A stretch of 64,000 nt of DNA from Giardia intestinalis. Lineage: Eukaryota. The stretch is from NCBI GenBank assembly GCA_000002435.2, contig CM018792.1, one strand, 5' to 3'. This document shows, piece by piece, positions 1 to 11,300 of this stretch. Position 1 is the first letter of the stretch, and every line of letters begins with the position of its first letter. A program made the position numbers and the translations under genes. The notes under the pieces were generated by a model, which saw only the letters and a program-made list of their open reading frames with translations, was not told the origin of the DNA and searched no databases.

Positions 1-3000
1 ACGTCGCCCTATGGGTGTGGCGGAATTTTACAGCCCTCACTGTCGAGCGGCCTTACCCATAGGCATCCCCACAGCTCAGGGCCAGCAGGCGTAGGTGGCG
101 CCCTTGCAGTGAGCCCCAGAGAACAGCCAGCGCGGAGTTTGATACGATCCTTATCATACCTCGCCAGACCTGGTCGAGAGCGCCCCCATTTTCCATAGAA
201 TGGCCCCCAACACAGTCCCAAGGCTGGGCGTAATGGGCAGCCTTTGGATTGCAGGGCGACACAGTGGATACTAGTGCACCCCGGCGAGACCTTGTGACCT
301 GCTTCAGAGGTTGCAAGAAATGCCCGTCTCTGGCCTACGTTTGTGCTAACGCTACGGTCTCAGAACGAAGCGAGGGAAGAACGCCTTGCCAGGCCCCGTG
401 GTAGCCCGTCTGTTTGGGAGACTGCAGATTACTGACTTGTGCGAGGCAACCGGAGGAGCCTGCTGGGCCAGACTACGAGGACTATGAGAGCCGCGGACAT
501 AACAGCCACACGGCCCCTACCTTCTTTCGGCTTCTCGGATTCCAGTTGACGCATCTGGCTGTGCACGACTCTATTTCCCTTTGTCAGGTGCATGGCGCGA
601 AGGTAGAGCAGCCCAGTCACAGCGTTCAACGCGTCTACTGCTGGATGGGCCCGAATAGTAGAAGAATGCCCATGGGTGTAATGACAGCGGCGATTCACGG
701 GTAGTCCACGATTGTACGTTCCACAGCCACCGACCGGAGTAGCCTTCGACTGGGCGTGTCTATACTAAGCCGTGGGCTGCTCTTCGAGGCTCTAGATGCG
801 TTTGATCCCTGCTCATGCATCCTGGCCTTATGCCTGCGGGTCTTTGGCTCGCAGCTATCTGGGCTTCATTTATCATGGACCGTTCGCTATGTATCCTTGT
901 TCCTGGAAAGCCCTCTAATGGCTGACAGAACAGGACCACAGGCTCCTGTGTCGCCGCAGTACGTGTCCGTTTCCTTCACCAGGTGATCGTACTCTCGCAA
1001 ATGACTCTGCCACCGGCTCTGTCGTCTTGGAAGAGTCTATACTGCAGGACTTCCCGTGAACTGTTTCTATGCAGATTAGAAATCTTACGTGCTTACCAAC
1101 GTAGGGATCCAATAACATGGCGCCATGCTCACAGTCCCAGGGTCACCAGACAATGGAGCACGGGGCTGAGAAACTCAGATTGCAGCAGTCCAGCTCTTGA
1201 GAATCCCTGCATATATTAGGACAGAGTGACTGGGCTAGCACACAGTGACATATTGAACCAGCCAGAGAGGCAAACAATCTCCTCTCATGTAAGACCCCTG
1301 TATATCTAGGGCGCCCAGACCATCTGAACTCGTAGGCATGCATCCAGTTCAATATCGGTAATCTAAGCACTGATAGACCGGTTGTGAGGCAGAGCCAGTG
1401 CCGACCCCAAGAGCTCAACTGCTCTGAGGCAGCACATTGTAGGCTATAACATTCTACACACTTCTGCTGATCGACCTCGCGCTCCAGCTGGCGGCAGAGG
1501 AGTGCACAGAAGTAGCTGATGGCCGCCACAGCCACTGCACGGGCCTCCAGGGCAGGGGGTCTCTCTGCCACTGCAATCTGCAGCAGCGTGGGGGCCGCCC
1601 CGTGTGCTGCCCCCTCTGCCGTAGCGGGGCTTCAGGCATGCCATCGGGACTGTCCGACGGTCGCCGGTTGAGCCCTGTGTGCACGGCAGGATGAGAAGAC
1701 TGCCCCACAACGACATGCCCTCGCTGGAGGACACCTGCAGGGCAGGGGAAGCTGTGGCCCACTGGGGGAGTGAACGATCTCAGTGGATCCAGGCGCACTG
1801 CACTGCGGGCCCGTCGGGCCGGTCTCTGACGGGCGCCGCGATCACTCTGCTCGGTCTGGCAGATCACGAGGGGTCTGAGGCCGGTCTGTTGGGAGGAGGA
1901 CCGGGACCCTCGCTGATGGTCGAGCAGAGTCACCACAGGGGGGCACGAGCTCGAGTGAATGAGGGCCCTCTTAGCAGCGCGCATGTCAACCGAGCGAGGA
2001 GAACGACATGGCAGACACCAAAGGAGCCATGACCTCCTGAGCCCTCTGAGGTTTGTACTAGGCTCGCTGGGCTTATCAATCTCAGGCTCTGGTTCGCTCG
2101 AGTGAGCACTGCAAGGGTGGGAAGGGAACCTAAATGGAGATAAGCCTCCACAAGTGGCGGACAGAGTATCTGTGATCGACACTTGCCACTGATGCTGTCT
2201 GGCAACTTAGCTTTGCAGAGGCCCATTGAGTAAGCACTCCAGGCAGTAATAACGCAATCAGCTAGCCATAGCTCTAGACTGCTCCTGAAGACCTGCAGCA
2301 AGGAAAGGCGAAGTCCCCAGAGCTTACCGATGCAGTGCCAGAGCTTATGCTCTTCTTCGATGATCTGCTGAGGCTATCTCAAAGGCTCCAAGACTATGGA
2401 GAGGGAAGCTTGATGGTAGGAATTCATAATCAGTGCTGCTCAGGACCCAGTAAGCCCTCCTCTCCAGTCATGGCGAGCTGCCGGGCCCTGGGAACGTCAG
2501 ATGGCCTTGCCGATGTGCATGGACAGTGGGTAAGAGGATCCCCAACGTCTACAGTTCACAGGAGCTGTTTTACTACAGGCTGTCAGGCTTCTTCCATGAC
2601 ATCACAGGGTTTCTGAAGCAGAGGCCCGGCAGAAAGAAGGTGGTGATAAGATAGCTAGGTCTCCAGCAGTGCAACAGAGAAGACCCTTGCTCTATCAGCG
2701 ATGACTCGCTTCCGTTTCCTGACACAATCGAGCATTGACTGAAGTTACTCACGGGATCCTTGGGGTGTGCTCGTAGGCAGAGGTCCTAGCAGCACAACGC
2801 TGAAGGTGACTGGTAGGTGGAATGAAGAAGTCCGAAGCTCTAGTGCCCACCCTGCACTGGTGCCCAGCCGGCTACAACCCCACAATTGAAGTCATCTCTC
2901 ATTGGGCACTTACCACACAAGGCAAGAAGGGCAGAGGGAATCCAGGGTGTACAATCTGTGTTTGGTGCGCTATCTGGATGATCTGTAAACAATACCGTGA

Positions 3001-3049
3001 ATCGCAAGCTTACCAGTACACGCGTTTCCTTTGTGATTATGAAATAAAA

Positions 3050-3787
3050 ATGTCGTCTGCAGATGATTCGGATCACTGCTCTCAGGAGCACGACTGCGCC
3101 CCGCCCCTCATGCCCGAGAAGGACACGAGCGAAGAGGGCGCAGGCAAGAGCAGCCCCGCCGAGTCTCCACAAACAGATGATGAAGGCAGTGTGGACGAGG
3201 ACGGCGTCACCACGCTTATGAAGGCAGCCAGCAGAAACGACGTGAAAGCGGTGAAGCGCTACATCCCTTATCAGGCAAGGATGGTGGCGAAGCTTGTCAA
3301 GGCGGGGACAATAGAGATACGCGAAGGGACGGCCCTGATGGTCGCCGCAGTGCTTGGACACGTCGAGACAGTGAAGCTGCTGATGAGGCACGAGCGTTGC
3401 ATGAGGGATAGTAATGAATGGACGGCCCTCATGTGGGCGGCGGGCAACGGTTGTACCGAGGTCGTGAAACTACTCCTGGATGTTGAGGGAGGCATGGAGA
3501 AGGACAGGGGCCTTACTGCCCTCGTGTTTGCAGCAAATTTTGGTCACCTGGAGTGTGTCAAGTTACTGCTGGAGAAGGAGAAGGACATAAGCGGCAGATC
3601 TGCCATTCGTATGGCTGGTATGCACGGCTGTTCCAAGGTGGTATCTTTTCTTGAGAGTGAGGGTATTATGGATCCCTATCTGCAGATGCCGCCCAAGAAA
3701 TTCGTGAGTGAACCTGCCTACTTGTTGATTGCATTCGATAATGTACTAGGGCCTCTCCAGCTGTGCAGGGGGACGGCCAGCCAATAG
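3050..3787 (+). CDS. ankyrin-repeat protein (Giardia 'Protein 21.1'-like), about 245 aa
   Basis: About five ankyrin repeats with the TALMxAA / G(H/N)xExVKLL pattern (TALMVAAVLGHVETVKLL, TALMWAAGNGCTEVVKLL, TALVFAANFGHLECVKLL). The ORF track starts at 2822, but the ATG at 3050 is directly preceded by an AT-rich initiator (tgaaataaaaATG), so 3050 is preferred. Confidence 0.7.
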   Translation: MSSADDSDHCSQEHDCAPPLMPEKDTSEEGAGKSSPAESPQTDDEGSVDEDGVTTLMKAASRNDVKAVKRYIPYQARMVAKLVKAGTIEIREGTALMVAAVLGHVETVKLLMRHERCMRDSNEWTALMWAAGNGCTEVVKLLLDVEGGMEKDRGLTALVFAANFGHLECVKLLLEKEKDISGRSAIRMAGMHGCSKVVSFLESEGIMDPYLQMPPKKFVSEPAYLLIAFDNVLGPLQLCRGTASQ

Positions 3788-4028
3788 GGCGAAGTGCTGG
3801 CCGTCAGTGGGTCACACAGCTGCCCGTTTCCGCAGAGGTCAAGGGGAACAGGCCTTCTCACCCCCGGCCGGCACTGGAACGCCGGTGGGTGAAACGGTCG
3901 CGCAGGTGGCCTTCTTGCCCCTGATGCAGTAGCCCTCCGCAAGCATTGGACCACTACAGATCTGTAGACACAAACCCCTGTGGAAACGGATCGTTTCCAA
4001 AACTGTAGATTACCAAAATAAAACCAGG

Positions 4029-6044
4029 ATGGACACTGCCTCGTCTGAGCCTGCAACAGTGGCCTCTAGTGTCCCGCAGTTTACCCTCAATGACCTCTAT
4101 GAACGGTTAGGTGATATACTAAGCAAAGATATCACGGGTATAGTCTACTCTCTCAAGGACTATCCGAGTCTCGTTGTAAAGGTCGCCCCACTAGGTTGCC
4201 TGGAAAAGGATAACACAGACGCTGTCCGACTCGAGCTGGCTGCCCTCCCCGAGCTCTCCCACCCAGGGGTTCTCAGGTATCATCAAGTGATCGAGCACAT
4301 GAATTTCGTCTACTTTATCACAGACCGTTACAACAAGACTCTCGGACGTCTTCTCATTGAGCATATGCAAATGAAGAGTCCTGTGCCCACCAGAGTGATC
4401 CTCTCAGCTATAAGACAGATCGCTACCGCCCTTGCCTACCTTCACAGTGTCAAAAGGGCAGATGCTGAGGGGCTTGTTCACCGCGATCTTAGGTCTACCA
4501 ATATCTCCATCAGTGCAGACGGTGAGCACTTCATCATCGCCGGCCTCGAACTCTGCAGGAACATCTTGTGGAGTGGAAGCACTCTTATAGGAATAGGGGC
4601 ACACACGGCCCCCGAGGTGCTCCTCCACAACGAGCCCAGCCCCGCCTCCGACGTGTGGAGCCTCGGGGTCATCATTTATGAACTAGTAACTCTAAGGATG
4701 CTGGACTTCCTGGAGGACAGGGAGCCAGAGGATGTCTTCGTTGATGGGTGGAGGCCAGACCTGAGCGGTGTCACTGATGGCTTCATGCAGAATGTTCTGG
4801 AGAGGATATTCGTGCTGGATCCTGGGAGGAGGCCGACGGCCAGGGAGCTGCATGAGATGCTCGACACAGCAGATATTTCGGATAACGAGCCGGAACCTTG
4901 GCAAGTGGCGCTGGAAAGTAAGCATGGTTCCTCGAAGATCACTGCGAGTAATACTCATGCCAAGATCGCGCTTTTGGAGGAGGAGGTCAAAACTAAGTTG
5001 AACGAGATTGCTACTCTTAAGGCAACCCTTGAGAACAGGCCAAGTGAAGTCGACGCCCTGGGACAGGAGCCCAGAATTAAGTTAACTAGGATCGACATGC
5101 TTGAAGATCAATGTAGAGAGTACCTAGCCATGATAAAAGTACTAGACAGTAGAATTACACAGATTAGCATTGCGCTAGGTCTATCCAATTCTCAATTCAG
5201 CCTCTTCTTGCTACCCAGATTTATACGCGCCGCACGCACGAATGAAACAGAGACCGTCCGAATGCTGGTCAATGAGGGAGTCTACATCGGTCAGCGTGAC
5301 GAGAAAAAGATGACGGCTCTTATGCATGCGGCCCAGCAGGGGCACACTGGTCCCATTGAATTGCTTGTTAAAGAAGAGAGGGGCCTCCAGGACAAGAACG
5401 GCTGGACTGCGCTCATGCACGCCGCACACTGCAACCACCCTGAAGCAGTCGAGATTCTCGCCCCTTACGAACGTGGGAGAAGAAACAAGAACAGTCGAAC
5501 TGCTCTAATGGTCGCTGCAGAGAATGGCAGTGCAGAAGCTGCTTCCATTTTGGGCCCGTACGAGGATAACCTAATCGACAGTGAAGGCAACACGGCTCTG
5601 ATGATTGCTGAGAAAGCAGGACACAAACTTGTTGCAGAGATTCTCAGTCCGGATGAAGTGGATGGGTGTACAGCGCTTATGCAAGCAGCGAAATGTGGTC
5701 GCATAGATGCGGTAAAACTCCTAATAAAAAACAAAAGCCGTGCACAAAACATACTTGGAACAACTGCTCTCATGGAAGCAGCGTCCTGGGGCCATTCAGA
5801 AATTGTGAAACTGCTAATTGATCATGAAGGAGGCATGCAGGACATCTTTGGAGCGACTGCTCTCATAACTGCAATACGTAATAATCAACTGGAATGTGCT
5901 AAACTTTTAGTAGAGAGGGAAAGGGATATAAAAGATAAGTATGATAAGACTGCCCTTGATATAGCTAAGGCTATGGTCTATCCTGAGATGGTGTCTCTCC
6001 TTAGCAGTAGTGTATCTAGCACCGGCGGCCACAATGACTCTTAG
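4029..6044 (+). CDS. NEK-family kinase-like protein, predicted pseudokinase, with C-terminal ankyrin repeats
   Basis: The N-terminal kinase fold has a VAIK-like lysine (LVVKVAP), HRDLRSTN, TAPE and DVWSLGVIIYEL, but no GxGxxG loop, and DFG is replaced by AGL. The catalytic-loop K is replaced by R. The C-terminal half carries at least six TALMxAA ankyrin repeats. An AT-rich initiator (caaaataaaaccaggATG) precedes the start and an AGTAAAC poly(A)-like motif follows the stop by about 20 nt. Confidence 0.8.
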   Translation: MDTASSEPATVASSVPQFTLNDLYERLGDILSKDITGIVYSLKDYPSLVVKVAPLGCLEKDNTDAVRLELAALPELSHPGVLRYHQVIEHMNFVYFITDRYNKTLGRLLIEHMQMKSPVPTRVILSAIRQIATALAYLHSVKRADAEGLVHRDLRSTNISISADGEHFIIAGLELCRNILWSGSTLIGIGAHTAPEVLLHNEPSPASDVWSLGVIIYELVTLRMLDFLEDREPEDVFVDGWRPDLSGVTDGFMQNVLERIFVLDPGRRPTARELHEMLDTADISDNEPEPWQVALESKHGSSKITASNTHAKIALLEEEVKTKLNEIATLKATLENRPSEVDALGQEPRIKLTRIDMLEDQCREYLAMIKVLDSRITQISIALGLSNSQFSLFLLPRFIRAARTNETETVRMLVNEGVYIGQRDEKKMTALMHAAQQGHTGPIELLVKEERGLQDKNGWTALMHAAHCNHPEAVEILAPYERGRRNKNSRTALMVAAENGSAEAASILGPYEDNLIDSEGNTALMIAEKAGHKLVAEILSPDEVDGCTALMQAAKCGRIDAVKLLIKNKSRAQNILGTTALMEAASWGHSEIVKLLIDHEGGMQDIFGATALITAIRNNQLECAKLLVERERDIKDKYDKTALDIAKAMVYPEMVSLLSSSVSSTGGHNDS

Positions 6045-6221
6045 GCTCTCTGCGACCCACAAGTAAACTGCCGCTCTCTTAGAGGGGCAAGGCCTGGAGG
6101 AGCAGCGTTGCAGGCTGGTGCCTCGGGTTTCTAGCCTGCGCCCGGCACCATAGAGCAGGTGCTCCGAGCTGCCCGCCCACGGTATTTCTGAGGAGCCGCG
6201 ATCGCAATTGGGAGGCAAAGA

Positions 6222-6974
6222 ATGGCATTTATTGAGGCGGCCAAGGAGAACAGGCTGGACTACGTCAGGGCCCACAAGGCCGCGGACGCAGGCCAGAGGG
6301 ACGCAGACGGGAAGACGGCGCTCATGTGGGCCGCCGAGGCCGGGCACACCGCCGTCGCCCTGGAGCTGGTCGACGCAGAGGCGGGCCTGGTCTCGAACGA
6401 CGGGTCCTTTGCGCTGATTGCGGCGGCAAAGAGGGGGAACCTCGAGCTGATCCAGGCCCTTTTCGAGAAGGAGGGGAGGCTGCGGGACGCCGGCAAGCTC
6501 TCCGCCCTCAACCACGCCTCCAGGGCGAAGCAGTTCGAGGCGGCCAAGGTCCTCCGGCTGAAGACCATCGAGACGATGGACGCGGCGATGCTGGAGCAGC
6601 TCCGGCAGAGGGTCGCGGCCACCTACACCGAGATGGCCAAGAAGTCGCAGCAGGCCGAGGTCAAGAGCCACAACATGGCCATCTTCCGCTCGTTCTTCGA
6701 GGCGTTCTACTCCCTCTCCTGCTCGGGGATCGACCAGGGGGCGGAGATCTCGGAGGAGCAGCTGAACAAGTCCCTCGAGAAGTGCCTGGGCGAGATCCGC
6801 AAGCTCCTCAACTCGAAGAAGTACACGAAGTGCGTGAAGTGCCGCGCCAACGCCCCCAACCTGGTCTGCATGCCGTGCAAGCACTACGTCCTCTGCAAGG
6901 ACTGCGGGAAGGACGTGGCCAGCGAGGTCTGTCCTGGTCTGCGAGAACCCCCTTGGCACACTAGTAGGCACTGA
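6222..6974 (+). CDS. ankyrin-repeat / C-terminal RING-finger (MIB/IAP-type) protein; 3' end appears frameshifted
   Basis: Ankyrin repeats ([36 protein letters not shown]) are followed by [35 protein letters not shown], which fits C3HC4 through the seventh ligand. The eighth Cys is missing in this frame (CPGLRE) and is restored in the +1 frame (CPVCE). The region is very GC-rich, so long antisense ORFs overlap it. Confidence 0.7.
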   Translation: MAFIEAAKENRLDYVRAHKAADAGQRDADGKTALMWAAEAGHTAVALELVDAEAGLVSNDGSFALIAAAKRGNLELIQALFEKEGRLRDAGKLSALNHASRAKQFEAAKVLRLKTIETMDAAMLEQLRQRVAATYTEMAKKSQQAEVKSHNMAIFRSFFEAFYSLSCSGIDQGAEISEEQLNKSLEKCLGEIRKLLNSKKYTKCVKCRANAPNLVCMPCKHYVLCKDCGKDVASEVCPGLREPPWHTSRH

Positions 6975-7341
6975 TAGTACCGCTAAGGCATATGTAGGAG
7001 TATATGGCTGCTCCCGGTGTACAGCACCAACAGCTCTAACAACAGCTGGCATGACTGCTGCTGTGTGTACCTCCTGTGACAGTGGTAAGAAGCCCAACAA
7101 GGATGGCAGTGGGTGTGTAGTATGCTCTGACACCAACTGCAAGAGCTGTGTGGTGGACGGTGTGTGTGGGGAGTGCAACAGTGGCTTCAGTCTAGACAAT
7201 GGCAAGTGTGTGTCTATGAGCACGAACAAGAGCGGGCTCTCCACGGGGGCCATCGCTGGCATCTCCGTCGCGGCGGTTGTCGTCGTGGGGGGCCTCGTGG
7301 GCTTCCTCTGCTGGTGGTTCGTGTGTAGAGGGAAGGCGTAG
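6838..7341 (+). pseudogene. VSP (variant-specific surface protein) 3' fragment: CXXC-rich segment, transmembrane helix and CRGKA tail
   Basis: The called ORF (7051-7341) encodes [20 protein letters not shown] and [13 protein letters not shown] motifs, then [26 protein letters not shown] and a terminal CRGKA, the conserved VSP C-terminus. There is no signal peptide or N-terminal domain. The same frame stays open upstream to 6838, including CSRC. Confidence 0.6.
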
Positions 7342-7561
7342 GTACTTAGGTAGCAAACGCTGTGAGTGGTGTAGGGACTTCATAGGGTGCTGGCAGTGGG
7401 ATGCGCACTAGAGTTGAGGGTGGAATCGTGCGAACCAGCTATTTAATCTAGCATCGTTATCACCATTGTTAGAAAACAGGGCACTCGGTGCTATCTTAGA
7501 TAAAAGCCAGACATAGGCAGTTCTAGGGGCGATCGAAGTAGTGAGAGCTTTAAAATTTAAA

Positions 7562-7855
7562 ATGACGAGACCAACTCTGGAATTGCACATTAAGCTCGGT
7601 ATGACCATCTTTGACACCACGTTCAACAGATGTAAAGTGGCCCATGCAAAGGACGTCATAGTGCAAGCCCATTTAGACGATAAAATTAAGACTCTCCGAG
7701 AGCGCGCGCTTTCTAGTCTGTCTGTCTCCGTCACTCACGGTGATCTTCATTTTCAAGGATGTCCCCTTGATCCTCAGCAAACTGTAGCAGAGGCAAGATT
7801 GTCTAACGGGGATAGGCTCTACCTTTTTTACTCGGTTCCACGAGGATTGGAATGA
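7562..7855 (+). CDS. small ubiquitin-like (beta-grasp) protein, about 97 aa
   Basis: The ATG at 7562 is preceded by an AT-rich initiator (ctttaaaatttaaaATG). The sequence LELHIKLGMTIFDTTF...LHFQGCPLDPQQTVAEARLSNGDRLYLF resembles ubiquitin beta1-beta2 and the LIFAGKQLEDGRTLSDY...LHLV region, but there is no terminal GG. Confidence 0.45.
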   Translation: MTRPTLELHIKLGMTIFDTTFNRCKVAHAKDVIVQAHLDDKIKTLRERALSSLSVSVTHGDLHFQGCPLDPQQTVAEARLSNGDRLYLFYSVPRGLE

Positions 7856-7878
7856 AGTTAATTCTTTGCCACATCTTT

Positions 7879-8361
7879 TCAACGTTGTAGATAGGTTCTC
7901 ATTAGCACAAGGAAGTCATTATTGGTTGATTCCCTTACTAGCCATCTAGTGTTAAATTCAGCAGCAAGAGCGGTCTCCTCCTCGGCCTTCAGGCCCAGGC
8001 GCGCGGCGGCCCGGTTGGCGAAGTAGACGGCGCGCTGGTCTGGGGGCTCGTTGTTCGCGGCCGAGACCTCGATCGCCTGGGTGAAGAGCCGGATCGCCTC
8101 CTGGAAGTCCTCCGCCTTGAAGGCGGCGTTGCCCTGCGCCTTGAGCTCGCTGGAGCTTGTGCTGGAGACCGCCGGCGCCTTCGCCCCGCTCAGGATCTGC
8201 TCCAGGTCGCCGTTGCCGTGCCTGACGTCCTTGAGTCCGAAGCAGTCCCGGAGGCAATCGATGGCGACGTCCAGGTTGTCGGTGTCCTCAACGGCTTGCG
8301 CAGCCCTGAGGTAGAGGAGGTACTCGACGACGAGCCTCTTGGCGGCCAGCCTTGTCGTCAT
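7879..8361 (-). pseudogene. truncated duplicate of the SGT (Sgt2/SGTA-like) gene
   Basis: The first 134 codons are identical to the full-length SGT gene at 21757-22638. Identity ends exactly at the inverted-repeat boundary (7961), after which 26 unrelated codons run to a stop. The 5' initiator region is retained. Confidence 0.7.
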
Positions 8362-11300
8362 CTATTTTTAAGCAGTCGTTCACTCCCTCTCAAAGTACTC
8401 TCGCTGGTCCATGATCACAGAAACCACCGCGTTCATGTCGCGCCCGAGCCTGACATATGCCTCCCTCACCCGGTTGTAGTTCAGGTCGCCACCACAGATC
8501 CCGATGATCGTGGCGATGTTGTCCTCGTCGTCCGCGGTCAGCGGAGGGGGCTGCTCTGCAGGCTGCGGCGGCGCCCTTTCCCTTGGAATAAGGATCCCTC
8601 TCCCGGCCATCCCTGCCTCGATCATGTTCAGGTAGAGGTGGAGCACCTCAAGGAGCAAGTCGCGATCCTCGTTGAATCTCAGCACCAGATTGGGGCTCCA
8701 GTCGGATATCTGGGTTGTAAACATCTCCAAGAAGTTCGGTGTCTGGAGTATCTGCTCTAGCTCCTCGGTGCTGTACATGTGTGGTCTGTGGCTGTGTCTG
8801 GCCGCGCCCATGTGCCGGAGGGTGTCCTCGAGATCCTCTTCTGTCGGATCTTCGGCGATGATGGCAGCTGCCAGATCCATGTTGTTATTAGCCAGCTCGA
8901 GCGATATCTGCGCCAGCCGTGGCCTACAGGAAAAGGTCTCTACTAGCTGTGCGACGAGGTCCGAGTTGTTGCTAACTGGGTCTAGTTCTAAGGCATCTGA
9001 ATTGGATCCGGACGAGGAGTCTTGCACCTCAGCATGAGGATCTCGCGAAGCAGCCGATTCAATTTGCCGGGCCTGCGCGACCCCTGCGGCAGAACTGCTG
9101 GGAGGCGCTTCAAGGATCCTTCCGCGAGGTTTAGCCTGAGTGAATACTACGGTATCCTGAGTGATATTTGGAACCTTCGACAGTAGAATACCGTCATCAT
9201 TCAAGATAGATGCGTTGAGAATGAGACGGATGGTGGGCGCCTCTGCGGAGATGGCCTCAGCAACCTTCTTCCGCAGATCGCCGACGGTGCTATCTGGAAA
9301 AAACTCGAATGTCCTTGGCTCGAATTCCTTCACTGTGGACCTAACCGCGATCCTGATGCAATCAGACATTTTTTGTTTGCATAGACTAATAATTCACTTT
9401 ATCTCAGAGGGTGCGGTCACGGTTATCTCACCGGAGTAACAATCCGTTGTGCTCTGTGAGTGCCGATTGCTCTGCGGAACCATTTCCAGCGCCCTGACAA
9501 ATGAACGGTTAGAGCGTAGGGCCTTGTTAGCATACTGTGTATCCTCGCCTGCCACAAACTCTAACCCTAAGAAGTCGGCCATTTCGACATTGTTTGCTGA
9601 TGTTTCATGCCTAGACGCGAGGTGCGGCGCCTTCGACTGCGCTCGGCTCTTAGGCTTGAAAGCATTTGCTGCATGTAAATCCCCAAGCTGCCTTTCCTCT
9701 CTTCCGCAGGCGGCAGTGTTTTTCCGAGCAGGTAAAGAAACATCGCCAACTGATTGATGCCTTGCTGACAACTCAAGTTTGTTCTGAGACATATTGCCTT
9801 GAAGCTTACTCCCGTTATTAGGTAGGATGTTTCCCCCTTGAGACCTATTAGAAGTTAGTGAATTCTTGACTGTCGGGACGATTTCTTCTTGAGTTGAGCA
9901 GGAAACTACATCCCTCGCCGAAGCAGAAAGGTGACCTTGCTTGAGTGAGGCACCAAGCTCGCCTGCAATAGAGCTGCCACTCAGACGTGTACACGCAAGA
10001 TTAGCTGAGCTATCGTTTTGACAGATGATGATAGAATGGCTCTCCCCTTCTGTGTGAGGAAACTCAACAATGGTGTCCCGGCCGGAAAAGGAAACCCGGT
10101 CCTTTGTGGAAGTCGCTGGTTGCCCTTTAGCTCGTTTCTCGACCGCTTCAACACCTGCACTGGCCATGTTCTGCTTGCTAGTGTACCTGCTCTCCGAAAA
10201 TAACTCACCAGAGGTAACATTAGCATCATCCTCACTCATCGATGAAGTGGAATGCTGAGTCTCGACCTGCGATAGCCTGACATGTCGGCTTTCAAGGCAG
10301 TCAGCCGTAACAACTGTGTGGCCAAGCTTACTCAGGTGCTTCCCGTCGAAGTCGACGCTTTTGTTTTGCCGTAAGATGGACTGAAAGTTGGAATTGCGTA
10401 GTATGGAAGAGTTAGACAGCGCATGTCGCACACTCTGCTGAGATGAAGGATTGTCCGCGTCACATGTCCTTGGCGTCTTTGCACTAACTCTGAATTCATT
10501 GGTAGTCGTGGCACTATTTTGTGATAGAGATGTTCTGCTCAGCGAGTAGGGATCTTTGCTTTCCTGCCCCAGCGGAAGCGTGACCAGGCTTATGTTGCTA
10601 TCGCTGGAGGGTGTCTGTGGGAGGAGAGGGGCCGGACGCAGACGCTGAAAATCTGTTGAATGAGGTGCTCTGTCGCTATAGACTGGTGGTGAAGCTACTG
10701 AATCCCCTGTCAGAGGGAGAGTTGGCGGTATATAAATGGGGGTTATAGAAGTGTTTTGCCTGTCGTTCCTCATGTTGCTAAGCGGAACGTGCTTCGGTAT
10801 CTGAGTATCCTTGTAAATCGTAGAATCTTCTGTCAGGTGGCTTTCATTCTTTACATCCAAGTCAATCACTGTGGTCGAGGAAGCATGCGCCGAATGGACA
10901 TCGCCGGGGTCTTCCGACGAGGAATCCGAATAGTAATAGTAAGACTCTTCGTCGCTCTCCATTGAGTTGTAGTCCAGTTGACTGTGGTCACTGTCCTTCT
11001 TCTTGCTAACTGGTTCCTGTTTTTGCGCAGCAGGAAGTGTTGCCCTGGACTGAGTAGACGACGTAGTAATGGGCATTATGTCGGGCATTTTTCCGGTGAT
11101 GATAGGGAAAACCCGGGTAGCTTTTGGCCGAGTAGACTCTGACTTGGCAGAGTTTGTTACAGGGAAGGGCAAGCTTGCTATCTGCGTGATTAGGGGGAGC
11201 TGAGTATATGGCACCTTTTTCAACGGCAATGACACTGATGTTGCATTTTGCAGGGTCGTCAGTCGGTTTGGAGACACAATGACGGGCGCGGGCTGTACAT

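Noticed and set aside
1450-2000. GC-rich block as a possible rDNA fragment
   Set aside because: The characteristic Giardia SSU/LSU sequence blocks are not recognisable, and GC content is below that of Giardia rDNA.
1454-2182. 242-codon minus-strand ORF in the GC-rich 5' region
   Set aside because: It is R/P/S-rich, overlaps ORFs in other frames and has no start context, so it looks compositional rather than coding.
2822-3049. N-terminal 76-codon extension of the ankyrin ORF
   Set aside because: It has no ankyrin content and no AT-rich start context at 2822, whereas the internal ATG at 3050 has a textbook initiator.
3975-3991. Perfect 7 bp hairpin (ggaaacg-gat-cgtttcc) about 40 nt upstream of the NEK start
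   Set aside because: It is too short to call a regulatory element without conservation data.
5907-7262. 451-codon minus-strand ORF spanning the NEK 3' end, the ankyrin-RING gene and the VSP relic
   Set aside because: It lies antisense to well-supported plus-strand genes in a region of about 65% GC where stop codons are rare. It crosses gene boundaries and has no motif content.
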